From Lama guanicoe (lineage: Eukaryota): 64,000 nt of DNA. Location of the stretch: NCBI GenBank assembly GCA_013239625.1, contig MU054400.1:2516282-2580281 (forward strand), in the 5' to 3' direction. The position numbers and the translations under genes are program-made. Below, one piece after another: positions 46,839 to 60,890 of the stretch. Position 1 is the first letter of the stretch. The number at the start of each line of letters is the position of its first letter. Under the pieces are notes generated by a model. It was not told the origin of the DNA. It saw only the letters and a list, made by a program, of their open reading frames with translations, and made no database searches.

Positions 46839-48094
46839 TAGAGAGGCCATTATTACTAATTTAAGATGTGTAAAAATGTCATTGTTGACTGCAGTATGCT
46901 GGCTGTATAGTTTATGTTAGTAAATATAAAAATATTTGTTGAAGATTCCCTCAACACTACTTTTCTCATAAGGTTACTGTTACAGCTGGGCCTTCTCCCA
47001 CCAGGAAGATTCTTCAGGGACCCAACCATTTAGATTTGGGAGGGATTCTGCTATTGGCGCCTATATATAAGAGCAGAAGCATTAAATCCATCATCATACA
47101 TATGATAGAGTCAGTCTAATGGGACAGTAGGAAAGATTTGTGCTTCAATTATTAATATGTTAGCACTATCAATACATTTAACAAAATTCATTCCCCTTCA
47201 ATAAAAGACAACCATTAACCTCTTCTAAACTGAGTGTATCAACTCGGGTAATCTACGCAGACTCACTCCGTGGTTGCATAATATTGGAACTTCAAGTGTC
47301 CTCCTATTCAATGCTTCCCCTCTCCAGCTATGGAAACATTTGGTTTTCTTGTCTAATGAAAAGGAGAAAAAACAGAATGTTTTCTTTCTTCATCTTCTTC
47401 TGTAATCCTTCCTGAAAATGGCCTTTATGTCAGAAAGCATCACTTACTTGGCTGTAGACAGTCACCAAGACTTCAGTTTTTGAAGTTGTAATGGGCATCA
47501 AATACCAGTGGGGCCCATTAAAATCTGTAAGCTGCCTTGTAAAACCGCCCAGAATTCTCTTTGGATATAAGATCTTACTGTTTCAGGAGTGTATGTGAGT
47601 TTTGTAAACTTTTATTCTAGTTAAAATTTAAAAGGGAGCTACTTATAATGTCTTTAGCATTAACTTGAGCTATAGGAGGCCTATAAAGCCATCACTGAGA
47701 TGCTATTAAAACTATATGAATAATAAAACAGCTACGAGAAGAAAAGCTTTAAAAGAGCACCTTGGCCTTGGTAGCCCCCTCCTCACCCCCTTGTAGAAGG
47801 GCTTCTGGGGTCCTCTGGGAGTGGTTTGGCTGTATGTCCTGGGGAGTTCATTGTTATTTGGGAATCAGGGAAACTGTACCTCCATTTTTTTTTCTCATTA
47901 GGAGTAAAGGCTGTGGGACATCTTCTGGGTGGTAAATGGCAACAAACCATAATGCAATAATATTCCTAGGAAATCACCTCAGGCTGCTTTGTTTATATAA
48001 GATATTTATGAGGGTGCAAGTTTTATGAAGTTGTTTTATTGGTAAAAGTCAAAGGCATTGAGAGCCCAGGGCCATGGGGGATATGATGGAGCAA

Positions 48095-48290
48095 CTCTGG
48101 AATTCTGCAGCAAGCAATTCTGGATTTGAATCTAGGTTATGCTCTTTAGGCAAATTGCTCAAGTTCACTGGGCCTTAGTTCCTCCTTTTGTAAAATGGGA
48201 CCAATAACATTACCTATAATGAAGTTACTGAGAGAATCCTGGAGATAACACATAAAAGGTACAGAACACATCGCTGGTAATATAGCTATT
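48095..48290 (+). mobile_element. MIR SINE
   Basis: ctgggccttagttcctccttttgtaaaatgggaccaataac. Confidence 0.7.
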
Positions 48291-48544
48291 GTTTAATTAA
48301 GTAATTCTCTTACCCCGTCTGCCATTTTGAGGTGACTAGTGATTTAACATGTCTGTATTTACTTGGTGTCACCACCTGGTAAACATCTCTTTTTACAGCT
48401 ATGAAATGGAGTTGATGTTTGCGATCACGATGAATAAATGTCCCTCAATGGTGTTAGAAAGTTCAAGAAAGCTGCATTGATCAAGAGTCTCGAGATCCTT
48501 AGAAGAGTTTTACCCAAATAGCTCCTTCTGCCTTCTTTTTTATG

Positions 48545-49335
48545 TATTATAAACAATTTTGTTGAAAGTTAGTGTATGTTCAGAAAAGCATACAGATTAC
48601 AAGCACACAGCACAATAAATGATGACAATGTGAGTACTTCCCGTAATTACCGCTAAGATAAAAGATACACATCTCTACCAGCACCTCAAAAAATCACCTC
48701 CTGACCGCCTCCAATTATTCCCACTTTCTTCTCCCCCAAAATAATCATGATCCTGACTTCTCACACCCATTAATTAGTTTTGCCTGCTTCTGAACCTTAC
48801 ATAAATTGAAATATATTATTTTGTGACTGGCTTCTTTCACTCAACATTTGTTTGAGATTCATCTATGAGATTCATCTATGTTGTTGCCTAGAGCAGGGCT
48901 TCATTCATGTTTCTGCTTTCTATCTCATTATGTGACTATACCACCATTATTTACACATCGACTGTTGTTGGATACTTTGGTAGTTTCTAGTTTTGCCTAC
49001 TCGAAATAGTGCTGCTATGACCACTTCAGTGTGTTTCTTTTGGCGAACGTACACATACATTTCTGTTGGGAATATATCTTGGAGTGGAATTGCTGACTCA
49101 CTGAGTAGTCACATGTTCAGTTTTAGTGGACTGTGAAACAGTTCCAAAGTGGTTTCACCATATGATGTACCACAATGGAACTCCTGCAAGTGATGTATGA
49201 GAGTTCCAGTTGCAATACACATATATGTGCCACATTTGGTGCAGTCAATCTGTTTGATTTTAACTACCCTGATAGGTTGGTTGGTGGTATCTTACTGTGA
49301 TTTTGATTTGCAGTTACGATGATTAATAGCCTTGA
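48545..49335 (-). mobile_element. L1MC/ME-type 3' fragment
   Basis: ctggcttctttcactcaacat...gagattcatctatgttgttg...tctgttgggaatatatcttggagtggaattgctg. Confidence 0.8.
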
Positions 49336-50574
49336 ATGCTTTTAAATGTATCTATTTTCTCTTTCTCTTTCCTACTTCTCTCCCTTCTTCCCCATCTCCT
49401 TCCCTCCTACACTCATGGCCACCCATATTTTGGGTTTTGCGCTACTGCTCTGTAAATCTGTGTACTAGCCTGAACTTAGGCTATTCATTAAGATCAAAAA
49501 GAAATGATCAGAGAGGGCGGTTCAGCACTGGCGGGAAAGCACATATCTGGCTTCTACTCTCAGGTCCTCTGTCTGTCCTTGGGACCTGGGTTGTTGTTGC
49601 ATTATGTCTTGGGTCTCTCTCTCTTTTCTTTGGTTGGTAAAATTAAGATACTTTAAATGATTAACAGTGACACTTTCATCTCTGGCATTTCGTGATTGCA
49701 CATATTTTGGCAGAATGTTTACCACGTTTCTTCACTGCCTTTTGAAATTCTACCCTAAAGTGATTGGAATAGTGATTGTTAAAAACGGGTCCAAGATCAT
49801 GGCAGTGTGGGTGTAATTTGTCCCTTAATCTTACTGACCAAGGGACCTGGGGGAAATAGGAGCTGGCAGTACTGAGGGACTCATGGTTTTTAGGAAAATG
49901 GAGAAATTTTTCAGTGGCAACACAAATTTGAAGCCATATGGGCCAAAGTAAGAACTGGAAGTCCCTGAAGGTGGTCATAGTTCAAATCTTTCTTGAGAAT
50001 CATAATTATACTTATTCAAGATGTATGAAGATTTTGAATTGCCTGTTTGGCTCCACCTCTTCCTTGCCTCCCCTACTTCTGTTTGTTCATAGCAGGACTG
50101 GAGACTCTCAGCAGAACATGCCACCTAGAGCTGCCTGTTATCCAGCAGAGAACTAAGGAATCAGCGATGGGTTGGGGGGTCACTGGGTGGGTTCACAGGC
50201 TTGCCCCTCCTCCAGGCACCCCTACTATGATTCTTCCACCAAGAGGAGCCACCAGGGCATGTAGACTGAATTCATTCACTTTCCAACAGAGCAGATTTAC
50301 TCAGACGAGTCTTTAAAAAAAAATACACAAGCTTTGTGGTTTTTGGTTTTGTTGCTTACACATATTTTATACCAACTTTCTAAGACCATAGGTAAATGCT
50401 AACAGCACCATTATTCCATGCAATCAGTTTTAAAGATGTGTATAAACAGACTGTACATCTATAGTGATTAATTTAACCAGTTCCCTGTGTAGACATTTAA
50501 ATTGTTTAGTTTTCTTGTATGAGAAACTATAAACATCCCTTTAGCTAATTCTGTTATGTATGAGTCTAATTAAA

Positions 50575-50810
50575 ATTTTTTTTATTATAAAAAATTTCAA
50601 GCATATACAAAAGTGGAAGGAGCCATGTAATGAATCCCCCATGAATCCATCAATTAGTATCAAGAATTATCAATACACAGCCGATCTCACCTTATCTATA
50701 TTATTCTGTTTTCCCCTCTCCAGTTTTTGGAAGCAAATCTCAGACATCGTATCATTTTATCCTTAGATAATTCAGTGTGTACTTCAAGATGATAAGAATT
50801 CTTTATAAAA
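50575..50810 (-). mobile_element. L1MC/MD 3' terminal fragment
   Basis: ttattataaaaaatttcaagcatatacaaaagtgg...aagcaaatctcagacatcgtatcatttt. Confidence 0.7.
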
Positions 50811-50884
50811 ATTGTGGTTGTCTCTCATGTTTGCAGTGCTCATACGTGTACTGTAGGAAAAATTGGGGAGACTAGAGAAGTATA

Positions 50885-51410
50885 TTATATGAGCTTTCTA
50901 TTGGTGTGTAGCAACTTACCACAAACTTAGTAAGTTAAAACAACGTGCATGTGTTATGTCACCATTTCCAGGGGTTGAGTCTGGGCATGTCTTAGCTGCG
51001 TCCTCTGCTTCAGGGTCTCATCAGGCTGTAATCAAGATGGCTGGGGCTGTGGTCTTCCTTCATGCTCAAGGCTCTCTTTTAAGCCCATCTGGTTGTTGGG
51101 AGTATTCAGTTCCTTGTGGCTGCAGGACTGAGGCCCTCAGCTCCCAGAGGCCACCCACAGCTCCCTGCCACATGGCCCTCTCTGAAAGTGCTCTCACAGC
51201 ATGCGACCTGCTTCTTTAAGCCAGCAAGGGAGAGAAGTCTCTAACGGTAGTAAGGGCCCAGCCCTCCTTTTTAAGACTTTTACCTGATTAAGTCAGGCCC
51301 ATCCAAGATAATCTTTCTTTTGATGGAATAAAAATCAATTGATTTGGTCAAATCCCTTCACTTTGGCCATAATCCATTAGCTAGAAGCAAGTCACGGGTC
51401 CTGCCTGTAC
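50885..51410. mobile_element. MLT1 (MaLR) LTR
   Basis: ttaccacaaacttag...cagggtctcatcaggctgtaatcaagatggctgggg...ccattagctagaagcaagtcac. Confidence 0.8.
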
Positions 51411-51497
51411 TGAATATATATATAAATATATATAAAGGCATGAACAATAACAAAGAAGAAAGTAAGACCCGGTATTCTATCCTATTGCTAATTCACA

Positions 51498-51684
51498 GCA
51501 GGAGTTGGCAAACTTTTTCTGTAAAGGGTCAGATGGTAAATAGACTTTAAAGCAAATGGCCTTCAGGAAAGTTGCCGCAGACAGTATGTAAGTGAATGGG
51601 TGTGGCTGTGTTCCACTAATGCTATTTACAAAAACAAGTGTCAAGTCACATTTGGTCAGTTGACTGGTGTCTGCCGACACCTGA
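51498..51684. mobile_element. MER58A fragment
   Basis: gttggcaaactttttctgtaaagggtcagatggtaaata...gaatgggtgtggctgtgttcca. Confidence 0.75.
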
Positions 51685-51715
51685 CATTCTGATACACTTT
51701 CCTCTTTTTAAAAAT

Positions 51716-51752
51716 ACGCGCACGCACACACACACACACACACACACGCACA
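51716..51752. repeat. (CA/CG)n microsatellite
   Basis: Directly visible alternating purine-pyrimidine tract. Confidence 0.9.
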
Positions 51753-52254
51753 GTGCCACTGTGCTATGATACTGTTGAATAATCTGCTGAGTTGGGATCA
51801 TGTCTTATGGGCACTATAAAAAATAATGGTCTGAAAATCTGTTCATGTATCTCTTGTAAAGTCACCTTGAGGACATTACTCTTTACATGTCTCAATAATT
51901 CCCTCCATGAAACTCCATGTGAAGGATTTTCTTTGGAATTTAGTGGCAACAGAAGTTTTGCTTCTCCTGACCGAGTTTTTTTCTATTACAAAAATCATAC
52001 AATTTGCTATATTTCCCTTTTTGTTTTGGCTTCCAGGAAGCTCAGAGTCTAACTTGAAACCCAATTATTAAAACTCTAAAGACCTGAAAGATTGCATACT
52101 GGGCTTATCTGCCCAGGCATTGATAATTTACCCTTATTTTAATTTTCTGTGTTTTTCTGTTTTACGATTATTTCATCATGTAAGCTTCTTTGTAAAATAA
52201 CATTGAATTGAAAATACCAATTTCTCATCCTTGGATTCAAAGGAACTACTGAGT

Positions 52255-52695
52255 TTATATTAATAATAGCTCCAAATTAGAAACAGCCCAAATATCCATC
52301 AAAAGGAGAGTTAATAAATTGTGGGATCATCATATGATGAAATTTTATGCAACAACAAAAAAGACCAAGCCATTGACACATGCTGCAGCATGGAAGGACT
52401 TCTCAGACATCGTGCTGAGAGGAGGAAGCCAGACACAAAAGAGCACATACTGTGTGATTCCATTTATACCAAGTCCAAGAAGAAGCAATATGATTCAAAG
52501 GTGATGGAGGTCAGAAGGTGATTGCCATGGGCAGGGGCGATTCCCTGGGCAGTGGCAAGAGGAAACCTTATGGGATGCTGGAAATATTCTAGATTTTGGA
52601 CTGAGCTGTCATTGAGTGCCTAGACAGGTAGAAAGTCATCGAGGGGTAGGTTTGGGATTAGTGTACTTCATTCACTTCACTGTGTGTGTATCCAA
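52255..52695 (+). mobile_element. L1M 3' end
   Basis: aatagctccaaattagaaacagcccaaatatccatc...aagccagacacaaaagagcacatactgtgtgattccattt. Confidence 0.8.
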
Positions 52696-53079
52696 ACTCC
52701 CTCCAACAGAGAACTGCTAATAATATAGCTTCTCACTTATTTCTCTTCCATGTTTATGCCCAGATGTCTGTTGGAAAACAGCTTCAAAGTTGATGACTTC
52801 AGAAGTCCATAACTTTTTTATTTTTAAAAGTTCATAGGTTAGCAGAAATTGTGTGCTTTTATTACATCATCTGTCTTAAATGCATAGCTAAAAAATAGGT
52901 AAAGATAGCTTCTCAGCCATGAAGGCAGGTCACTGTCTGTGAATGTACAGTTGGTCCTCCCCATAAAGTGGCTGAGAGGGTGGATGGAGGCTGGAATCCG
53001 GCCTTGAAGCTGTTTGCCAAGGTCAGTACCTGAGGGCAGGGTCTGCCTACATTGCCTTGCCCCATTTTGCAAAAAAAAA

Positions 53080-53502
53080 TTTTTATTGAGGTGTAGTTGA
53101 TTTATAATGTTATTTCCAGGTGTACAGCAAAGTGATTCAGTTATACATATACCTTCACATGTATATATTCAGATTCTTGTCCATTTATGTTATTACAAGA
53201 AAGTGAATGTAGTTCCCTGTGCTACACAGTAAGTCCTTGTTGTTTATCTATTTTATATAGAGTAATGTGTGTCTGTTAATATCCAACCCCTAATTTATCC
53301 CTCTCGGCCCTTCCCCCTTTGGTAACCATAGTTTGTTTTCTGTGTCTGTGAGTCTGCTTTTAGTTTGTAAATAGAATTTGTATCTTTTTTTTTTTTTTTT
53401 TAGTTTCCACCTATAAGTGATACCACGTGATACTTGTCTTGGTCTGAATTATTTCACTCAATATGATAATCTCTGGGTCCATCCATGTTGCTGCAAATAG
53501 TG
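53080..53502 (-). mobile_element. 5'-truncated lineage L1 (artiodactyl/camelid type)
   Basis: ttttattgaggtgtagttgattt...agttccctgtgctacacagta...ttcccccttggtaacc-like motif; related copy at 62058. Confidence 0.85.
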
Positions 53503-55669
53503 GCCCCTTTTCTAATTTGTACAAATATAATTTTTCTAATTTGCACTTGGCACTGGTCAGTTGCAGCACTACACAAAGATAATTCTTATGGTGTAATGTT
53601 AGTTTTTAGGATTGAACGTGTATTTGATGATCTTGAGAATAAAAGCCCATTTCTGCCTGGGTCTTTGCAACCTAAGGAATGTTTTATAAAATAGAATGGG
53701 AAGAATCGATATCAATTCCCTCTCCTTACTTTTCACGTGTACCTTCTACTTAAGGATGTTAAGAATACAACTTCTAGTTGGCTTAATGGGACAGAGCCAT
53801 ATAGAGTTTGAGGCTTTGAGGGAGAATGAGTTTTTGCTGACTTAAGAGACCCATACTTCTAGCCGATCTTAGAAAGATCAACCTCATCTTGACTTTTAAA
53901 GAGGTCAGCGTGGCCACTACTTAGAGAAAAACATGTGAGCAGAAGATGGCAAGGAGCATCTAATCACATTTACCCCAGCTGAAACACCAATGTCCAGGAA
54001 AGAACGCAACAACAAAAACCAAAAGCAGATTGAGATCTAAAAAGACACTTAGCATTTTTAAATGCTAAGATATACATTTCAGGTTACATAATCAACCACG
54101 CATATAGATACCATCAAGACTCTTCCCCAGCTAAACTAAAGCAAAATGATAATGAAACATTAATAGATACAGAACAGATGCTCAAGTAGTTATAATGTAA
54201 CTTTTCTCATTTGATATGAGATAAACTAAAATTATACGTGTGAAGTTTCCTCCATCACAGTAAAAGAAATAGTAATAGTGAAAAACATCCCAAACTACAC
54301 ATGTCAGTAAGTCCAATTAATGACTGCTCGTATGACTTCAGTGTTTGGTTAAAAAAAACTCTGATACCTATTTTGGACACTTTGGGTATATTTAGGTAAA
54401 ATCTGCATTTAAACCTGTATATAATTTTCTAGACGAATCGCTGTTATTGCTTGTGATTCGAGGAAGCTGACTTTGTAGCGCTGTTACCTCAGCCCTTTGG
54501 GAATAAAGGAGAAAGAAATTCTCCGCTAAAAATTCCAATTGTTAGGATGACTTCCTTCTCCAAAACAATCTGAACGTGCTTCCACTTACTGAGAAACTAT
54601 TCTCTTTTCGCTTCTTGAACACCCCCACGGGTTTGCTGAGGAACTCGGTCAAGTTTCTTTCGGTTGAAAGTAACAGAGACCCACTTCAAATCAATGTCAG
54701 CAGAAGAAGGGACGTACTGACTGGAACTGGCTCCCAGTTCCAGATTTCAGGGAGAGACGCAGCTTGGGCCAGATGTCCAGCCCTGAGCCCATCAGCTGTG
54801 GCTAAGCAGCAGAGTCACACAGCCCTGACGTGGTCATGGAGTCCACTCGTGGGAGGGATAATTCTTAGGGCAGAGACAGGCTGGTGCGGGGAAGATATCC
54901 TCAGACTTGTTCACTCTAGTTGTCAAGAGTTGTCCATGCACTGAAGTCACCCTCCCCACTCACAGCAAGTATAAAGCCGGCCAGTGTCTCTGCTGGTCTA
55001 GTGCTCCTTGAAGTGACACTGGGCACAGCTCCTGATGGTGCTGGGGCTTCCAGATTTCCTCTCTGTTTCTTCACTGCGGGAACTCCAGGCTCAGGCTCAG
55101 GCATGGTGAGGTCATTGGGCAGGAAGTCTCTGGGCCACTGGGTAGCCAATCCCTGGCTGAAACCCCTTGTGATTTTTGAAAGCATTTGTTTTTCATTGCC
55201 TATGTGGCTATCTTTATCTGAAAATAACTTTCCTTCCTTAAACTTTAAATCTTGCAAAGAGTGGTGAGATTTTGTGTTTATATCTGAATTCAATCTTCTT
55301 TGTGGGCTGGGAATTTTTAAAAAATGTTTTAAATTGAATGGGGGAATAACAGGGGGTGTTGAAAGCAGCCTCAGTGTGTTTAGACTGGCGGGCTTGGTGC
55401 TTCTGGGAATTTTAAGCTCACACTTTTCATTTCTAAGAAAACTTGATCCTTGACAGTGACGTGGATGAGGGCTCCTTTCCCCTCCCCCCAAAATACCCAT
55501 GATTTTGGTTTATTTTGTTGAACTCATAAAAGAACTCCTAGGACAAGACTGCTTTGATGTGTAGCATTTAGAGGGCTTCTAAACTCTTGATTCCTACTTT
55601 CAGGGCTTAAAAAGGACTTTGGATTTTGACAGCACAAACCCTCTGGTAGTGGCCTACCCTGACTCTGGG

Positions 55670-55812
55670 CTTAGTGACAGAATTTTAGCCAATGGGACAA
55701 AACAGATGACACAAGCAGAGGCTTGAAGAAGCACTTGTGTACTTCTTTTTCCTTTCTCAGACCCTGTTAAATGTTGAGGGTAGTTTGTTACACAGCAATA
55801 GCTAACTGATGT
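55670..55812. mobile_element. MLT1 LTR fragment
   Basis: ttagccaatggga...gggtagtttgttacacagcaatagctaactgat. Confidence 0.65.
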
Positions 55813-57409
55813 AGCTAACAGATGTTTTTATGTAAGTGAAATCAAGTTCAAATGATCATTCATTAAGAGCATCCAAAAGGCTGAGCTATGGGAGGGACAT
55901 GTGAGAAGTGGAGGGGGTAAAAACCCTTCCCCTGGGGTTGTTTTGGTCTCAAGGATATTGGGTATTGATATGATGATGGATTTATATGTGTATAAATCTC
56001 AGAGGAATTTTTTTTTAATGTTTGAAATAAACTCTTGGTCCCTTATCTTTGTCACTTCCTTAGGTCCCTGGGAATTGGGAGACCTGGAAGAGATTAGTAT
56101 ATATTTCTCCGGCAATGACATAATCTGTGAGATCCTGGAGCAAGATTCTGCTGTTGGAAGGGATTTCCTGATGAGAGTGAGGGAGCACAGTAAGTTTCCT
56201 TGAATCAAAGGTGAATTTTTATTCATTAAAATGTTGAGCTTCTCTTAAGGTTGTTTGTGTGGGGTTGACATCACAGGCAAAGGATTGTTTAATCTGTTTT
56301 GAAAACTTGTCTTGATGTGAAGGGGAGTAATTTTAAAAATTAATGTAACCCATCACCTCATTCTTTTCAGAGTGACCTAATGTTATTTTCTTATTAAGGG
56401 AATTGAATGAACTGTAGCAACACATGTGGATTTGGGAGTGGGGCTGGGGAAGTGCGTGGAGACTTTTGCTGAACATTTTTACCATTTCCTAAATGAAATG
56501 ACTTAATCAGTAAGCAATTTTGCTGGGAGAAAAATTGAACCTCTTAGGAGTATCTTGAGAATATCTAAAGAGGATATGAACTTCTTTGAGGGATATAAGA
56601 AGACTGAATAGAATAAACATCAAAGAACAAACACAAATATAGCTGTGATCATGGTGTTACTATGTAACTAGATGTGCCAAACTATACACCTGGAAGGAAA
56701 ATAAATGGGGAAATAAGCTCAGGCTAACATTGATTTTGTTCCTGTGATAGTTTCAATGCCACTTCTTATGTCTTATATGCTGAATGGTACTCCCCTCAGA
56801 GACCTTCTAGTACCTGATTCCCTACTGTTTCCTTTATTTCTTACTGTTGTCTTCGTTTTCATCCAAAACAATATTATTTTCTTAGGTTCAATCCAAACAA
56901 ATATAGAATAACCTTGCTGAGTCTGTGGATTTATGTTAAATTAATGAAAGATTGAAGAGCGGTCCATGAATGACACATAATTCCTATCTTCTCTAGTCGA
57001 ATTGCAATGTAATTATACATGCATGATTTTCTTAATTTACTGATTAAATTGATCAGGGTGACTTATCCCATTGCAGGAAGCTTTTGACTCTAAAGTTGAT
57101 TCCAGAATCTTTTAGCAGCTTTAGAGGTTTAATCTGTTTTCATAATGTAGTCTGTTCATTTTGGCTAAAACAATTTAGTTCTTTTAAAATATATCAAGTT
57201 GAAAAGATAAATACTGAATGATCCTTTTTTTTTTGGTATGTTAAATTCTGTATGAGCTATTACTTTCAGCTCAACAGTTTCACAAATATTGAATGGAGGG
57301 CATTGTGCCAGACCCTGCAGGGAGATTTAAGGGCAAATGTCATTTCAGTTTATGGGTATGGTTGAACATGAATAATTTATTTCTCATTTTCGTTTTTGCT
57401 ATTTTTAAT

Positions 57410-57850
57410 TATTGTTTTTAATATGTTGTGGAGAATAGATATTACTTGTACGTAGAACAAAATTTGAAAGGTATGAAGGGCAAAGGTGAAAAGTAAGACA
57501 GCTTTTCTCTCCTCATCCACCAGGTACCCAGTTCACTTCCTTGGAGGTGACTTCCCAGTGTAATCTGTGCGTTTAAACATGTGCGTGTGTGCCTGTGTGT
57601 CTTCTTACCGTTGTACGAAATGTATCATACTGTGTATGCTGTTTTTCACCCTGCTTTTTTTCCCCCTTTAACTTAATAATATGTCTTGAAAGTCTTGATG
57701 TGTCTGGACACCTAGAGATGCCTCTATCTTTCTAACAACTATAAAATATTTTGTTGCATGACAGTGTTACACTCAAATTAACCACCCTCTCATTGACAGC
57801 ATTTAGGTTGTTTCCAGTCTTGTGTTATTATAGACAAGGCTGCCATGAGC
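57410..57850 (-). mobile_element. L1ME 3' fragment
   Basis: tttgaaaggtatgaagggcaaaggtgaaaagtaag...catttaggttgtttccagtc. Confidence 0.65.
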
Positions 57851-58145
57851 TCCTTTGGAAATACATTGTTTCCCCCTACACGATTTATTTTACATATGGT
57901 GTAATACAGATTCTATCTTTACTCCCTAAAAATAGCCACAAATAAAGAAAACACTGGAGCAACTCAGAATCTCTCTACACTCTTTTAAAAATTTCAACTT
58001 CTTAGTCTCACTGGAAATAAAGATTTCATTGAATTATTTTTTTTTTTATTTTTGAACTCCTGTGAAAGTTTAGCTCAGGTACTTTGAAATTTTGGAAGCC
58101 CCAAACTGAATCAGAGTGTGGACATCTAATAGCAGCTTTGCCAGA

Positions 58146-58420
58146 CAGTGCTTCTCAAACTATCTGTGGTGAAGGACTGGTTCTTCTTTTTCTTTCTTTC
58201 TTTTATTATTGTTATTTTTACAATTTCCAATCCATCATAGACTGGGACCACTATGTAGCTCCACCACATGTGATCACATGAGGGAGAGGACATTCAAGCT
58301 GGCCTCTACCTTGTTCAGACAAGCAAGCCTGTTGTGTCAATGTTAAAGTTTCTAGCCACTCATTCTTAATTTCTTGTCCCAAACCAGTTACAGTGTATGG
58401 ATGGACATTTTGTAACACTG
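58146..58420. mobile_element. hAT-Charlie element (MER119-like)
   Basis: cagtgcttctcaaactatctgtggtgaaggactgg...aatttccaatccatc. Confidence 0.6.
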
Positions 58421-60532
58421 TTGTAGGACCCAAGATTCAATTCTTCCCAATCATGATCTGTCTCAGCCTCTAGGAGAAAAACACTGTTGGTGGAAGGATC
58501 TCTTTGTTTGAATGAACAAAGACAGCAGTGAAAAAAAAAAAAATCAAATTTTGTTTTCAGTGTCTTTAAATGTATTCTTTCCTGGAAACTTCATCCTCTA
58601 AAATTATGTTCAATGGAAAAAGTCACCTTGGCCAAATGTATGTTCATAATGATGATTATTGTCCTCCTAGCCTATCTTTAAACAAACTCAGAATCGTGAC
58701 TGATGATGGAAAAATGTTACCTTAACTGAGTTAAATTGCAAGGAACTCCAAGGAGACTCTACTAATAATGGCTTCTTAAAAAATCTTACAGACTCCTGTG
58801 AGAAGAGGAAAACTCAGGGATTTGCCTTTCTGTTTTTAAAACCATTTTAAAATTAACTTTTTGAAAAAAAAGAATCAAAATATGCATAAGCAATGGAGCT
58901 CTTTATAAATGTGTGCTAACGCCGTTGCCAGAGAGCTCTCAGGGGTGCTGTCACCACAGCAGTGACCCAGCAGGTCCTGGGTTTCTGTGACAAGTAAAAA
59001 GACTGTGAGGCACTCAAAAGGCTGACTGTGCAGAATGCTGACCACTTGGCAAACTGGATTCCAGACTTGAGGAGGAAAACAAATAACCTTTTCTACAGCA
59101 GGCACCACCAAGATGAAAAAGATTTTCTCCTTTCACGATCATGTAACTTGTATTAGCCTCTTTCGTATCATGAGATGAAGAAAAGGTTAATAAATAAACA
59201 CAGCTCTGTGTAGTTTTTAACATATGGAGCCTGAGTGAGGTTGTTTTGTTTTTTTTTTGTTTTTTTTGTTTTTTGCCACTTGAAGGCCAAAGGCCAAGTT
59301 CTCGCAATTTTCTGACTTGTCTGCCTCCACCCCCAGCAGGGAATGACTTTTTTGCCACTTGACTCCCTGCACAAAACTGCTCAGTGGGAGTCCCCTACAG
59401 AGAGAGATGAGATGAGAGCTGGAATATTTGTGTCTACAATTATTTTAAACTTCTGAATGTATATACTCTTCTGAAAGGCATTTCTATAAAGGTAATTCTT
59501 TTTGTTTTTTAAAAAGGAATTTAAAAACCTTGAATAAAATCCAACACTTAAGAAAAATAGGGAAAATGAGGGTGGGGGAGGGAATTATACCTTTTTGAGA
59601 GGCATAAGTAAATAAAAAATATTTCACTCACAGGATGCCATAGAGATCAAGAAACGTGGGCTTTGTAGAGGAAGTCCTAGGAGTCAAAAATTACTCATCT
59701 TCTACTTCAGCCAGTGGCCTGGGTGCAGAAAGGCGTGAGCTGGTAGAACTGCCCAGTGCTTGTCCACAGGTGGGCATTGGGACCAGCACGAAGGACTTTT
59801 TCGCTCTAGGATCATTCTCTGGTTCTGCTGGAACTAATGAGGCTCTGCTCTGCATTCCTAGCACCTGGACCTGTACCTGGCTCGTAACAGCCACACATGG
59901 GTTTTGAAAGAATGGTCATCTGTTTTCTCTTACTATTCAATCAGGCATTTGCCCCAGTGGGTGGAAAGCACACCCATTTTTTGTTTACTGCTTGTCACCA
60001 TGATGACTCCTGACTCTTTATCTCTACTTGCTCTTTCAGTTGAGTGTTAGTCCCACATCTGCGGCTGCTTACCGCACATTTCTGTTAGGATATTTTACTA
60101 TTGCCTGAAACTCACCATTTCTAAAGGAACTCATCTTCAAATTTCCACAGATGTCAAATCACCACGCTGGTTATCCCAGTGCAAAATTTTGGAAATGGGT
60201 GAATCTCTGAATCCAACTATTCATTGAATCTCCAGAGAGTCTATCATTTAACGTATTCTCTGAGGTTTCCTTGTTACTTGTAAACTAGTTAATTCTCTGA
60301 CCTCCTCATTCCAAAATTCTTGCCGCAGCTTCTTCCTTAGCCTTCCCAACCACTGATGCCAAATTTGTCTTCCTAGTGTTGATGCTACAGCATTCACATG
60401 CTCAAAATCCATTGTCAACTGTTCCATGCTATTGAATTCACTTTTTCTGCTGGGTTTCAAGATCTTCCACTCATTATTTCCCAAAATATAGACACCTTAG
60501 TTTTAGGGCAGACTTACTTCCTTATTGACCTT

Positions 60533-60600
60533 TGTGATATTGTGATTTATGATAAGAAATACATATTTGATCCTGGATTCCATTCCTAGCACAAAACTCC
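60533..60600. mobile_element. MER21-like LTR terminal fragment
   Basis: tgtgatattgtgatttatgataagaaatacatatttg, similar to the start at 7936. Confidence 0.7.
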
Positions 60601-60654
60601 ACTGGTCTCAGAGTGGTTGTATAATACCCCTGCCTCAGAGATCCCAACCCTAAC

Positions 60655-60890
60655 CCTCAGTTAATGTAAGTCAAGCTGCTGTAACAAATTAGATTCCAAA
60701 TTACGTAATGGCTCAAATACTCTAGAAGTTTATTTCTTCTTCACATGGAAGTCTAAAGGGGCTGTTCCTGGCCAGCAGGTTTCTCTTCTTCATGCAGTGG
60801 TTCAGAAATCAAAGTGTCTTTCATCTAGATCCTCAGAGATACCTGTGGTCAGGTAGAAGAATTCAGGGAAAAGAAAGAACAAAGGATGCC
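60655..60890. mobile_element. MLT1J/K-like LTR fragment
   Basis: agctgctgtaacaaa...tagaagtttatttcttcttcacat. Confidence 0.6.

Noticed and set aside
47587..47594. 8-nt microexon (tttcag|gagtgtat|gtgagt)
   Set aside because: Not frame-preserving and no host gene is evident
54916..55500. Longest ORF (194 aa, minus)
   Set aside because: No recognisable domain or exon structure; compatible with chance in 64 kb
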